Assembly (NCBI GenBank): GCA_963668025.2
Contig: CAXXTH010000010.1
Coordinates: forward strand, 320,001 to 384,000
Source: Candidatus Hydrogenedentota bacterium
GTDB taxonomy: Bacteria > Hydrogenedentota > Hydrogenedentia > Hydrogenedentales > SLHB01
DNA: 64,000 bases
Direction: 5' to 3'
Shown here: piece after piece, positions 44,132 to 53,710 of the stretch
How positions within the stretch are numbered: the stretch's first letter is position 1
Layout of the letters: every line of letters begins with the position of its first letter
Notes under the pieces: model-generated
What the model saw: only the letters and a program-made list of their open reading frames with translations
Told to the model about the DNA's origin: nothing
The model's database searches: none
Made by a program: the position numbers and the translations under genes

Positions 44132-47100
44132 GTGACGGATTTCAATGCGAGCTACAGAGAACTGCTTTCACGGACAAACGGTGAAAGTGTGGAGTTCCTG
44201 GATGGCGTTCGCAACCTGCGCAAAAAGGCACAAGAAGAAAACGCATATCTCTGGGCCAAGTTTTTTGAAGCACGAACAGAGCGGATTGAAAATCATCTTG
44301 AAGAAGCCTTGGCCAAATATGATGAAATTCTGCGAGAGACAACGAGCGAGTCTTCCGAAGAGTTAAGTCTTGACACTAGACTACTTGTTGCGAATGCGAT
44401 GAATGCTAAAGGTACAACTTTTGAGCTATCAAGAAAATCAGTTGAAGCCATTACCACCTACGACGATGTAGTGAAACGGTTTGGAGAATCCCAAGAGGTA
44501 TCTTTGCAAGAGCAGGTAGCAAAAGCCCTTTTCAACAAAGGATTTACTCTCGGGCGTCTGGAAAGACCACTTGAAGCGATAACCGCTTACGACAAAGTCG
44601 TGAAACGATTCGGAGAATCCCAAGAGGTTTCTTTGCAAGTGCAAATAGCTGGAGCCCTTCTCCTCAAAGGAATCATTCTTGGGCGACTGGAAAGACCACT
44701 TGAAGCGATAATCGCCTACGACGAAGTAGTGAGACGATTTGGGGAATCCCAAGAGGTATCTTTGCTAGAGCGGGTAGCAAAAGCCCTCGTCAACAAAGGA
44801 AACATTCTTGGGCAACTGGAAAGAACGCTTGAAGCGATAATCGCCTACGACGAAGTAGTGAGACGATTTGGGGAATCTCAAGAGGTTTCTCTGCAAGAGC
44901 GGGTAGCTAAAGCCCTTTTCAACAAAGGAATCACTCTCGGGCAACTAGAAAGAACGCTTGAAGAGATTGCCGCCTACGACGAAGTAGTGAGACGATTTAG
45001 AAAGTCCAAAGAGGTATCTCTGCAAGAGCAGGTAGCTAAAGCCCTTTTCAACAAAGGAATCACTCTCGGGCGACGGGAAAAAGCGCTTGAAGAGATCGCC
45101 ACCTACGACGAAATAGTGAAACGATTTGGGGAATCACAAGAGATATCTCTGCAAGAACAAGTAGCTAAAGCCCTCCTCAACAAAGGAATCACTCTCAAGC
45201 AACTGGAAAGAACACTTGAAGCGATAACCGCCTATGACGAAGTAGTGAGACGCTTTGGGGAATCCCAAAAGGCATCTCAGCAAGAACAAGTAGCTAAAGC
45301 CCTCGTCAAAAAGGGAGTTACTCTTGGACAACTTGGAAGACCACAAGAAGAGATTGCCGCCTACGACGAAGTAGTGAGACGGTTTTGGGAATCCCAAGAG
45401 GTATCTCTGCAAGTGCAGGTAGCTAAAGCCCTTTTCTACAAAGGAATCATTCTCGGGCAGTTTAAAGAGTTACTTGCATCGATAACAACCTACGACGAAG
45501 TAGTGAGACGATTTGGTGAATCAAAAGAGGTATCTCTGCAAGAGCAGGTAGCTAAAGCCCTTTTCATCAAAGGAGCTACTCTTGTGCAACTTGGAGAGTT
45601 ACTTGAAACGATTACCGCCTACGACGAATTAGTTAGACGATTTGGGGAATCAAAAGAGGTATCTCTGCAAGAGCAGGTAGCTAAAACCCTTTTCAACAAA
45701 GGAGCTACTCTTGGACAACTTGGAAGACCACTAGAAGAGATTGCCGCCTATGACGAATTAGTTAGACGATTTGGAGAATCCCAAGAAGCATCTCTGCAAG
45801 AGCAACTAGCTAAAGCCCTCGTCAAAAAAGGAGTTACTCTTGGACAACTTGGAAGACCACTAGAAGAGATTGCCGCCTACAACGAAGTAGTGAGACGGTT
45901 TTGGGAATCACAAGAGGTATCTTTGCAGGGGCAGGTAGCTAATGCCCTTTTCAACAAAGCAATCACTCTTGGAAATATTGGGGAATCAGTTGAAGCCATT
46001 GCCGCTTGCGACGAAGTAGTGAGACGGTTTGATGAAACGACAGAGCCTTCCGCACAGGGACGGGTGGCAATGGCGCTTTTCCTCAAAGGACGCGCCCAGA
46101 AGGAAATGTCAAAAGAAGATGACGCACGTAAAACATATAGAAGCGCCAGCGAGATTAGTGAAAAAATCTTGAATCAAGCACCTGTAGAGCCACTAAATGG
46201 ACAAGCATATGGACTTTTGCGAATAATCTTGTCTGTGCTTCAGGAAACAACTGGAAAAGACCTAGAAGATGCCAGTGTTCCATATTACCTTTGGGAAAAG
46301 TTTTCTCGAATCACCCTAATGGACGAGTCTGTATATAAATGGACAGCGGATATAAATATAAAGCTCGCAGAAACTAAAGTACTAGATAATACAATGCGTG
46401 GGAAGTGTCATTTTTCTCTCTTTGCTCTGGCATCCGCCATTAATGCAATTGACTTATCTGAGTTGTTGAAAGAATCGAAGAATGATGTACCAGAGCAACC
46501 CCCAAAAGAGCCGGATCATTATTGCCATTATACTACTTTGAATGTGCTTCGCTCCATATTGCCGATTCAACCTAAGAGTTTGAAACAAGAGGATCATAAG
46601 AAAACCGACACATTTATACTGCGTTTTGGCAACCTGGAATACGTGAATGACCCTACCGAAGGAATGGCATTTGCTAAACACTGCGAAGTGTGCAAACGTG
46701 ACTGTAAAAAGAACAGATTGCTCAGCAATTTTGTACAAAACGACGAACTCGATCCTCGCATTGCTCGAAAGATGTATGCACTATGTTTCACAGGAAACTA
46801 TGATCGCCTTGATCAGTGGCGATTGTATGGTAATGATGGCGACGGCATTTCGTTGTGTATTCCCGCCAGAGTTTTCAAGGAAAATGAAGAAAAGCTGACT
46901 CCATATCAAAAGCTGGATCTCAAATCTGAGAAGATATTATATGATAGTACGATAACTGGAATAGACAAGAACACTGAAGCAGAGTTCCCGGTTTCCTCTA
47001 AAAAAAGACCTTCTATACCTCTGACAAAGCCACAACGCGTGATGTATATGGCTGATGAAAAAATAGCGTTATGTGAAAAAATAAGGTGGGAACTGTCTCA

Positions 47101-47521
47101 TGCTGCCGATGTCATGACTGAAATTGAGAATAAGATGAACAAAGAGACTGATGAGGATCGAAAGAAGTCATGGGCAGATGCCGCAGAGCAATTTCGCTTA
47201 GGGGTCCAAGGGCTTCTACTCGAGGTGTTTTACTTGTTCAAATCCGAGGAATACCGAACAGAAGAGGAATATCGAATCATCGTTTTTGAATCCGATCTCG
47301 AGAACGCCGATATTGATGAAGAACCCACTAAACTAGGGAAGCCGCCACGAATCTTTCTGAAGTCGGAGCCGATCCTGTTCCAAGAGAAAGGATATGAGCT
47401 TTACATCGGCCCTAAAATTCCGAATCAACGGCTCGTGCAACTCGAACTGGAATACCGCCTCGCTCAACATGGATTAAGCGACAACGTAACCGTCAACATC
47501 TCGAAACTCAAATACCGCTGA
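44132..47521 (+). CDS. TPR-like repeat protein with C-terminal DUF2971-like domain, low GC
   Basis: 13x43-aa repeats, then HYT..L, NDPTEG, D.L.QWRLYG.DGDG, K..EY..EEEYR, IGPK, S.LKYR. Probable GTG start 44132 with AAGGAG. Confidence 0.85.
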   Translation: MTDFNASYRELLSRTNGESVEFLDGVRNLRKKAQEENAYLWAKFFEARTERIENHLEEALAKYDEILRETTSESSEELSLDTRLLVANAMNAKGTTFELSRKSVEAITTYDDVVKRFGESQEVSLQEQVAKALFNKGFTLGRLERPLEAITAYDKVVKRFGESQEVSLQVQIAGALLLKGIILGRLERPLEAIIAYDEVVRRFGESQEVSLLERVAKALVNKGNILGQLERTLEAIIAYDEVVRRFGESQEVSLQERVAKALFNKGITLGQLERTLEEIAAYDEVVRRFRKSKEVSLQEQVAKALFNKGITLGRREKALEEIATYDEIVKRFGESQEISLQEQVAKALLNKGITLKQLERTLEAITAYDEVVRRFGESQKASQQEQVAKALVKKGVTLGQLGRPQEEIAAYDEVVRRFWESQEVSLQVQVAKALFYKGIILGQFKELLASITTYDEVVRRFGESKEVSLQEQVAKALFIKGATLVQLGELLETITAYDELVRRFGESKEVSLQEQVAKTLFNKGATLGQLGRPLEEIAAYDELVRRFGESQEASLQEQLAKALVKKGVTLGQLGRPLEEIAAYNEVVRRFWESQEVSLQGQVANALFNKAITLGNIGESVEAIAACDEVVRRFDETTEPSAQGRVAMALFLKGRAQKEMSKEDDARKTYRSASEISEKILNQAPVEPLNGQAYGLLRIILSVLQETTGKDLEDASVPYYLWEKFSRITLMDESVYKWTADINIKLAETKVLDNTMRGKCHFSLFALASAINAIDLSELLKESKNDVPEQPPKEPDHYCHYTTLNVLRSILPIQPKSLKQEDHKKTDTFILRFGNLEYVNDPTEGMAFAKHCEVCKRDCKKNRLLSNFVQNDELDPRIARKMYALCFTGNYDRLDQWRLYGNDGDGISLCIPARVFKENEEKLTPYQKLDLKSEKILYDSTITGIDKNTEAEFPVSSKKRPSIPLTKPQRVMYMADEKIALCEKIRWELSHAADVMTEIENKMNKETDEDRKKSWADAAEQFRLGVQGLLLEVFYLFKSEEYRTEEEYRIIVFESDLENADIDEEPTKLGKPPRIFLKSEPILFQEKGYELYIGPKIPNQRLVQLELEYRLAQHGLSDNVTVNISKLKYR
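44441..46117 (+). repeat. 13 x 129-bp coding tandem repeat
   Basis: First unit at 44441, last at 45989, exactly 12 x 129 bp apart. Confidence 0.92.
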
Positions 47522-47656
47522 CAAATAACCGCTGAACCACCACGCCATCCGCACACGAGCGAAAGCGCTCCAATCCCTGTCAATACACATGAGTAACCAA
47601 AGTGAGCGTTGCCCACAACCCAATGTAACGGCATAACATTCTTTATTATCGTTTAC

Positions 47657-47771
47657 CTTTGCGTTCTTGGCGGCTTTGCGTGCGTATCAATCGAATGGGA
47701 TTCCTATAGTACACTGCACCAGCCTTACTCAATCTATTTCACGCAAAGCCGCGAAGCCGCCAAGAATGCAA
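47657..47771. repeat. Inverted short-period repeat pair
   Basis: CTTTGCGTTCTTGGCGGCTTTGCGTG / CACGCAAAGCCGCGAAGCCGCCAAGAATGCAA. Confidence 0.7.
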
Positions 47772-47900
47772 CCATATAAAGCGCGACATACCTACAATAA
47801 AAAAACTTCGTCACGCTTGAGTAACTGAAGCAGATTTGGCTAATTCGCAAGTGCTTCGCTCCCGCTTGCGCTTGCGCGTGCGATTGCCTATGCTAAGGCC

Positions 47901-50900
47901 ATGCACGAAACACTGAAATTATTTCACCCCTTGATCCAGCGATGGTTCATCGAGCGCATCGGGACGCCCACGGAGGTGCAAGCGGCGGCGTGGCCGCGCA
48001 TCGCCGAGGGGCGGCATGTCCTTGCCACGGCCCCCACGGGCAGCGGAAAAACGCTCACGGCATTTTTATGGGGCCTCAACCAGCTCTTGAGCGGGGCGTG
48101 GACGCCGGGCGGTTTGCGCATGCTGTATGTGTCGCCGCTCAAGGCCCTCAACAACGACATCCAGCGCAACCTACTCAGTCCGCTCGCGGAACTGCGCGCC
48201 GTGTTCGCCCAGGCGGGTGTGGCGGTCCCGGCCATCGAGGCGCTCGTGCGCAGCGGCGACACCGAGCAATCCGAGCGTAGGCGCATGTTGCGGCGTCCGC
48301 CCGAGATCCTCATCACTACGCCGGAGAGCCTTAATCTCCTGTTGAGCACCCATTCCGCCCAGCCGATTCTGCGTGGCGTCGAGACGGTCATCCTCGATGA
48401 GATCCACGCCATCGCTCCCACGAAACGCGGCACGCACCTCATGAGCGCCATCGAGCGACTGGCGCGCCTCTCGGGCGAATTCCAGCGCGTGGCGCTCTCG
48501 GCCACGGTGAAGCCGCTGGATGTGGTGGCGGATTTTGTCGGCGGATATATCCAGCGCGGCGAGGCCTACGAGAAACGGCCCGTGTCCATCATCGAGGCGA
48601 AAGGCGCGAAACAATACGAAATCGCCGTGCGCTTTCCCGAGGGCGGCTTTGGCGAGGAACAGCCCAGCCCCGTGATGCCGCGCCTGGCGGCGCAGCTTAA
48701 AGAGCGCATCCTGCGCAATCACTCGACGCTCATCTTTACGACCAACCGGCGGCACTGCGAACGCTTGAGCCTCCTGATCAATGAAGACGAGGAGGAAATC
48801 ATCGCCTATTCGCATCACGGCTCGCTGTCGCGCGAGATGCGCATGGTGGTCGAGCAGCGCCTCAAGAATGGCGAACTGCGCGCCATTGTGGCCACCAGCA
48901 GCCTCGAACTGGGCATCGACATCGGCGCGCTGGATGAAGTCCTCCTGGTGCAAACGCCCTTCACCGTGGCGTCCGCCGTGCAACGCGTGGGGCGTGCGGG
49001 GCATACCGTAGGCGCGGTGAGCCGGGGGACCCTGTTCCCGATCCACGGGCGCGACATCCTCGATGCCGCCGTCATGGCCCGCGCCGTTGCCACGCAAGAC
49101 ATCGAGACGCTGGCCCCCGTGGCGGCCCCGCTCGATGTGCTCGCCCAGGTGCTCGTGTCCATGGCCTGCATGGAGCCATGGCGCTTGGACGCGCTCTACG
49201 CCTTCATCCGCACCTGCTGGTCGTTCAACACCCTTTCCCGTGCGCAATTCGACTTGGTGATCGACATGCTGGGCGGGCGCTACGAGGACAGCCGCCTGCG
49301 CATCCTCCAACCCTTGTTGTCGATTGATCGCATCAGCGGCATCGCCAGCGCCAAACCCGCGTCGCTCCGCATCCTATACGGTTCCGGCGGCACCATCCCC
49401 GACCGGGGCAGCTTCACCCTGCGCCACGCGGGCACGCACGCGAAAATCGGCGAACTCGACGAGGAGTTCGTCTGGGAGCGCCGCATCGGCGACTCGTTCA
49501 CGCTGGGCATGCAGTCGTGGACGATCCGCAATATCACCCATAACGATGTGCTCGTCGAATCCGCGCCTCCCCGGATGAAATACGTACCGTTCTGGCGCGC
49601 CGAGGATCAGGACCGGAATTTCGCATTCGCCGAGGCGGTGTCGCGTTTTTGCGAAGCGGCGGACAAGCGGCTCGATGATTACGATTTCGCGGAAGAACTG
49701 CGCGCGAGGTATTTCCTGGACACGCCCGCATCGGAGGCCCTCGTGCATTTCTTGAAGCGGCAGCGCGCCGCCACGGGCAAGCCCCTTCCGCACCGCCATC
49801 ATATCTTGATCGAGTATTGCTCCGAGCGCGCCGTCGAGGAAGGGCTTACGCTGGCCATCCTGCACACGCAGTGGGGTGGCTGCGTGAACCGGCCTTTCGC
49901 CGTGGCGCTGGCGCAGGCATGGGAAGACCGCACCGGTGAAACACTGGACATCATGGCCATGAACGAATGCGTCGTGCTGAGCATGTCCAGCGATGCGCCT
50001 GCCGTGGATTTTTTTGCCATCGTCGAGTCCGGCGAAGTCGAGGCGCTGCTGCGCAAGCGGCTCGAACGCACGGGATTTTTCGGCGCTCGGTTCCGCGAGA
50101 ATGCCGCGCGCGCCCTGCTGCTGCCGCGCCAATCCTTCTCGCGCCGCATGCCGCTTTGGCTCACGAAGCTGCGCTCGAAAAACCTGCTCGATGCGGTTTC
50201 GGGCTACCCCGATTTCCCCATCCTCATCGAGACCTGGCGCACCTGTCTGCGCGATGAATTCGATCTGCCTAACTTGAAGCTTCTGCTCGATGAAATTCAT
50301 CGCGGTGAAACGCAGATTTCGGTAGTGAACACCACCGTGCAGTCGCCTTTCGCCGAAGGCGCATTGTGGCGGAAGACGAACCAGCTCGTGTATGCCACCG
50401 ATGAGCGGCCCGGCGCGGGCGCGTCGCGGTTGAACGATGATTTATTACAGGAGGCCGTTTTCTCCGCCGCGCTGCGCCCCCAGATCGCACGCGAACTGGC
50501 GGCTACATTCGAGCGCAAGGCCCAGCGTACCTTCGAGGGGTACGCGCCGTCTTCACCCGAGGAACTGCTCGATTGGGTGAAAGAACGCCTGTTGATTCCT
50601 CTTCCCGAATGGAAGGCCCTCCTCGAAGCCATGGAGCGCGACCACGGCCTGAAGCCCGCCGCCGCTCTCAAAACGGTGGCGGACCGGCTCGCACGCATAA
50701 CTTTCCTTGGCCGCGCCGCGCCCGCCGTGGCGGCCCTCGAATGCCTGCCGCGCCTCCTCCGGTCGCTGCATCTTGATGTGGCGCGCCTCAAACTCGAGCC
50801 TATCCTGGGCCGGGGCGAAGCGCCCACCGTGCCGGATATCGAATCGCGCCGCGAAACGGATGACGAGAATGGCGCGGCGGATTGGCTGGGCGAATGGCTC

Positions 50901-52340
50901 CGCTATTATGGCCCGATGCCGCAAGACGCCCTATGCGCCGCCTTGCCGCTTCCCGTGGACGCCATCGAGGAAGCCCTGGATGTGTTGATCGACATGCGGG
51001 CCATCGTGGCGGGAAACCTCACCATCCCCGGCGACCGGGTCGAGGTGTGCGACGCGGAGAACCTCGAAATCCTGTTGCGCCTCACGCGCGCCCAGGCGCG
51101 GCCCGCCTTCGAGCCATTGCCCATCGAGGCCCTCACGCCTTTCCTCGCACGACAGCAAGGCATCCTCGCCGGAGAAGACGCCACCGTGCAGGACGCCATC
51201 GAACCGTTGTTTGGCTTCCCGGTTCCACCGCACTTGCTGGAGGCCGAATACCTTCCCGCGCGGCTTCATGAGTATGCCCCCTCCATGCTCGATATCGTGA
51301 ACAACGAGAGCGAGCTGATGTGGTGCGGCTGCGAGGGCAAACGCATCTTCATGTGCTTCCAGGATGATCGCGGCCTGTTCGTGGATGCGGAAACGCGGGA
51401 CGCCGAAAAAGACCGTATGTGGGAGCAAATCGCCCCGAAACTATTCGCAGATCCGCGCGGGCAATACTATTTCCAGTCCTTGCTCGACGCCACCCAGCTC
51501 ACCACGGCGGAATTGACGGATTCCCTGTGGGAATTCGTATGGGAGGGCCGCGTGTCGAACGAATCCTTCGCGGCCTTGCGCAAGGGCGTCGAGACGCAGT
51601 TCAAGACCGTGGACGCCGCCGCGCCCACGCGGCGGGGCATGGCCTCCCGCCGTTCCGCATGGCAGAGCGCCCGCGCGTATCCCGGGGCATGGCGCATGCT
51701 GCCCGCCATCGAGCCGCCCGCCGATCTGGTCGAACAGGACGAGATGAACCGCGAACGGGTCCGCGTGCTGCTCGAACGTTACGGCGTACTGTTCCGCGAA
51801 TTGCTCGCGAAAGAGCTGCCCCATATGCGCTGGCCGGTCCTATTCCGCACGCTGCGCCGCATGGAATTGTCGGGCGAGATTATCGCGGGATGCTTCTTTC
51901 ACGGCGTGCCGGGCCTGCAATTCACCTCGGCGGAGGCCTTTCGCGCTTTGCAGCATTTGCCCGATGAGGATCTGATTTATTGGATGAACGCCACGGATCC
52001 GGCATCGTTATGCGGCGTGGCGCTGCCCGCGTTGAAGGGCCAATTGCCGCCGCGCGTGGCGGGCACGCATTTGGTTTTTCACGGCCAGCGGCTCGTGCTG
52101 GTGTCGAAACGGAACGGCAAAGAACTCGATATCCGCGTGCCTGCGGATGATCCGTGCCTGGGGGCGTATTTCGGCGTGTTGCGGCATCTGCTCGCGCGCG
52201 CCGTCCAGCCGGTTGCCGCGATTCCCCTCGAAGTGATTAATGGCGAGCTCGCGCCGAAAAGCCCATACGCCACCTGGATTCGCGAGTTTTTTGACACCTG
52301 TACGGATGCGAAGGCCATCACGCTGTGGCGGCTGACATAA
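47901..52340 (+). CDS. lhr: Full-length Lhr-family ATP-dependent helicase
   Basis: APTGSGKT, YVSPLKALNND, TTPESL, DEIH, HHGSLS, TSSLELGIDIG, QRVGRAGH, GELDEEF, C-terminal LL.RYG...E..G...G.F domain. Confidence 0.95.
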   Translation: MHETLKLFHPLIQRWFIERIGTPTEVQAAAWPRIAEGRHVLATAPTGSGKTLTAFLWGLNQLLSGAWTPGGLRMLYVSPLKALNNDIQRNLLSPLAELRAVFAQAGVAVPAIEALVRSGDTEQSERRRMLRRPPEILITTPESLNLLLSTHSAQPILRGVETVILDEIHAIAPTKRGTHLMSAIERLARLSGEFQRVALSATVKPLDVVADFVGGYIQRGEAYEKRPVSIIEAKGAKQYEIAVRFPEGGFGEEQPSPVMPRLAAQLKERILRNHSTLIFTTNRRHCERLSLLINEDEEEIIAYSHHGSLSREMRMVVEQRLKNGELRAIVATSSLELGIDIGALDEVLLVQTPFTVASAVQRVGRAGHTVGAVSRGTLFPIHGRDILDAAVMARAVATQDIETLAPVAAPLDVLAQVLVSMACMEPWRLDALYAFIRTCWSFNTLSRAQFDLVIDMLGGRYEDSRLRILQPLLSIDRISGIASAKPASLRILYGSGGTIPDRGSFTLRHAGTHAKIGELDEEFVWERRIGDSFTLGMQSWTIRNITHNDVLVESAPPRMKYVPFWRAEDQDRNFAFAEAVSRFCEAADKRLDDYDFAEELRARYFLDTPASEALVHFLKRQRAATGKPLPHRHHILIEYCSERAVEEGLTLAILHTQWGGCVNRPFAVALAQAWEDRTGETLDIMAMNECVVLSMSSDAPAVDFFAIVESGEVEALLRKRLERTGFFGARFRENAARALLLPRQSFSRRMPLWLTKLRSKNLLDAVSGYPDFPILIETWRTCLRDEFDLPNLKLLLDEIHRGETQISVVNTTVQSPFAEGALWRKTNQLVYATDERPGAGASRLNDDLLQEAVFSAALRPQIARELAATFERKAQRTFEGYAPSSPEELLDWVKERLLIPLPEWKALLEAMERDHGLKPAAALKTVADRLARITFLGRAAPAVAALECLPRLLRSLHLDVARLKLEPILGRGEAPTVPDIESRRETDDENGAADWLGEWLRYYGPMPQDALCAALPLPVDAIEEALDVLIDMRAIVAGNLTIPGDRVEVCDAENLEILLRLTRAQARPAFEPLPIEALTPFLARQQGILAGEDATVQDAIEPLFGFPVPPHLLEAEYLPARLHEYAPSMLDIVNNESELMWCGCEGKRIFMCFQDDRGLFVDAETRDAEKDRMWEQIAPKLFADPRGQYYFQSLLDATQLTTAELTDSLWEFVWEGRVSNESFAALRKGVETQFKTVDAAAPTRRGMASRRSAWQSARAYPGAWRMLPAIEPPADLVEQDEMNRERVRVLLERYGVLFRELLAKELPHMRWPVLFRTLRRMELSGEIIAGCFFHGVPGLQFTSAEAFRALQHLPDEDLIYWMNATDPASLCGVALPALKGQLPPRVAGTHLVFHGQRLVLVSKRNGKELDIRVPADDPCLGAYFGVLRHLLARAVQPVAAIPLEVINGELAPKSPYATWIREFFDTCTDAKAITLWRLT

Positions 52341-52347
52341 AGCGGAA

Positions 52348-53190
52348 CTAGAAGAGGCCAGTGAGGGTGGAAGCGCCTCGAAAGTTCTGCGCCAAGTAGA
52401 GAACGGCCCCTGCGGCGAAACTCGCAAGGCCGAAACACAGCGCAAGCGCGTAGAGCGCCAGCGCGGCATGCACCACCTTGCGCAAGGTGCCCGCCCAGGC
52501 GTCCTTTACGGGCATGGCCGACAAAGCCGTTAAGGGCAGCAGCAGATACAACGCCCAGAAGAATAAGCGACCCTGCTCAATTTCGAGCCAGCCCCATTTA
52601 GGCTCGAGCACAATGCTCTGCTCGAGGAAACGCCAAATCAGGCGTTGCGCTAAAATCATGGTATAGCCTGTCCCAAGATAGAGCGCCAGCGAAATGCCGA
52701 AGGTGATGGCAAGCCCTTTGACTAATGCCACCCAGCGGATGGGCCGCAGGCCCTTCTGGTCCGCGATATAACGCATCCAGAAATACGCGCCCATATAGGC
52801 GGTAAGCAGCAAGGGAAGCAGCGGGAACACCAGGCCCAGGACCACCAAAATCACGCGCAGGATCAGCGGGTCCGCATCCATGCCGCGCGCCAGCCTCGCG
52901 CATACGCCAAGCCACACTTGCCCGCCCGTCTGGCCCGCCACCGGCGCATAGCCGCCGTGTTCCACCAGCAAGGCCGCCTGATCCGCCGGAGCGCCGCAAC
53001 TGGCCAGCAGCGCGTCGATGTCGCTGTCGTGCAGCTCCCCATCGCCAGACTGTTGCAGGCCTTGCTCGAGCTGGGCGCGCAACCTCCCCACGGCCCCGCG
53101 CCGTTCCGCTTCGGGCAAATCGCTCAAATGAGCGCTCACTTCGCGCATGTACCGCTGCAAGCGATGCTTCTGTTTTTCGGTGATTTCCAT
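52348..53190 (-). CDS. PspC-domain membrane protein
   Basis: N-terminal Y..EV...L.DLP..ER, WLGVCA.LA..MDADP..LRV motif, several TM helices; start ATG 53190. Confidence 0.7.
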   Translation of the reverse strand: MEITEKQKHRLQRYMREVSAHLSDLPEAERRGAVGRLRAQLEQGLQQSGDGELHDSDIDALLASCGAPADQAALLVEHGGYAPVAGQTGGQVWLGVCARLARGMDADPLILRVILVVLGLVFPLLPLLLTAYMGAYFWMRYIADQKGLRPIRWVALVKGLAITFGISLALYLGTGYTMILAQRLIWRFLEQSIVLEPKWGWLEIEQGRLFFWALYLLLPLTALSAMPVKDAWAGTLRKVVHAALALYALALCFGLASFAAGAVLYLAQNFRGASTLTGLF

Positions 53191-53274
53191 GGCCCCTTCC
53201 AAAATCAACGGGAGTATACCGTATCCAGAAAGGCAGTTCCAGAGAAAGGAAGGGGGAGTAAAAAAAACGTATGC

Positions 53275-53710
53275 TTCTCTCTGTGTCCCTCTGTGACCTC
53301 TGTGGTGAATGTTCCGGAATTTTACCACAGAGGCACAGAGGAGCACAGAGAAATAAGCCCAAACAAATGATACGCCCTTACTCTTTGGGTCTTCGTGAGA
53401 ATTTGTGGGCGTTTGAGCAGCAGGAATAACATGCAGGCCGTGGCAATCTTTTTCAAAGAAGCTTTTCTTAACCACGGAGACACGGGGAGCCACGGGGAAC
53501 GAAAGACGTTCACGAAACAAATGCCCAATAAACAGGGCTTAACATTCTGAGTAAACTACAACGACTACAATGCTGAATTCCATTTGACACGGTATCCTTT
53601 CTCGGTGCTCCTCTGTGTCCTCTGTGGTGGATGTTCCGGAATTTTACCACAGAGGCACGGAGGAGCACAGAGAATCAGCGCAAACAGAATGATACTCCCT
53701 TACTCTTGGC
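53275..53710. repeat. Two direct copies of a ~110-bp unit, each with an ~80-bp CTCTGTG/CACAGAG palindrome
   Basis: 53275-53388 vs 53598-53710, shared loop ATGTTCCGGAATTTT; related arm CCACGGAGACACGGGGAGCCACGG near 53472. Confidence 0.85.

Noticed and set aside
44441-46117. 129-bp repeats as CRISPR or ncRNA array
   Set aside because: Length is a multiple of 3 and the units encode TPR-like repeats in one ORF.
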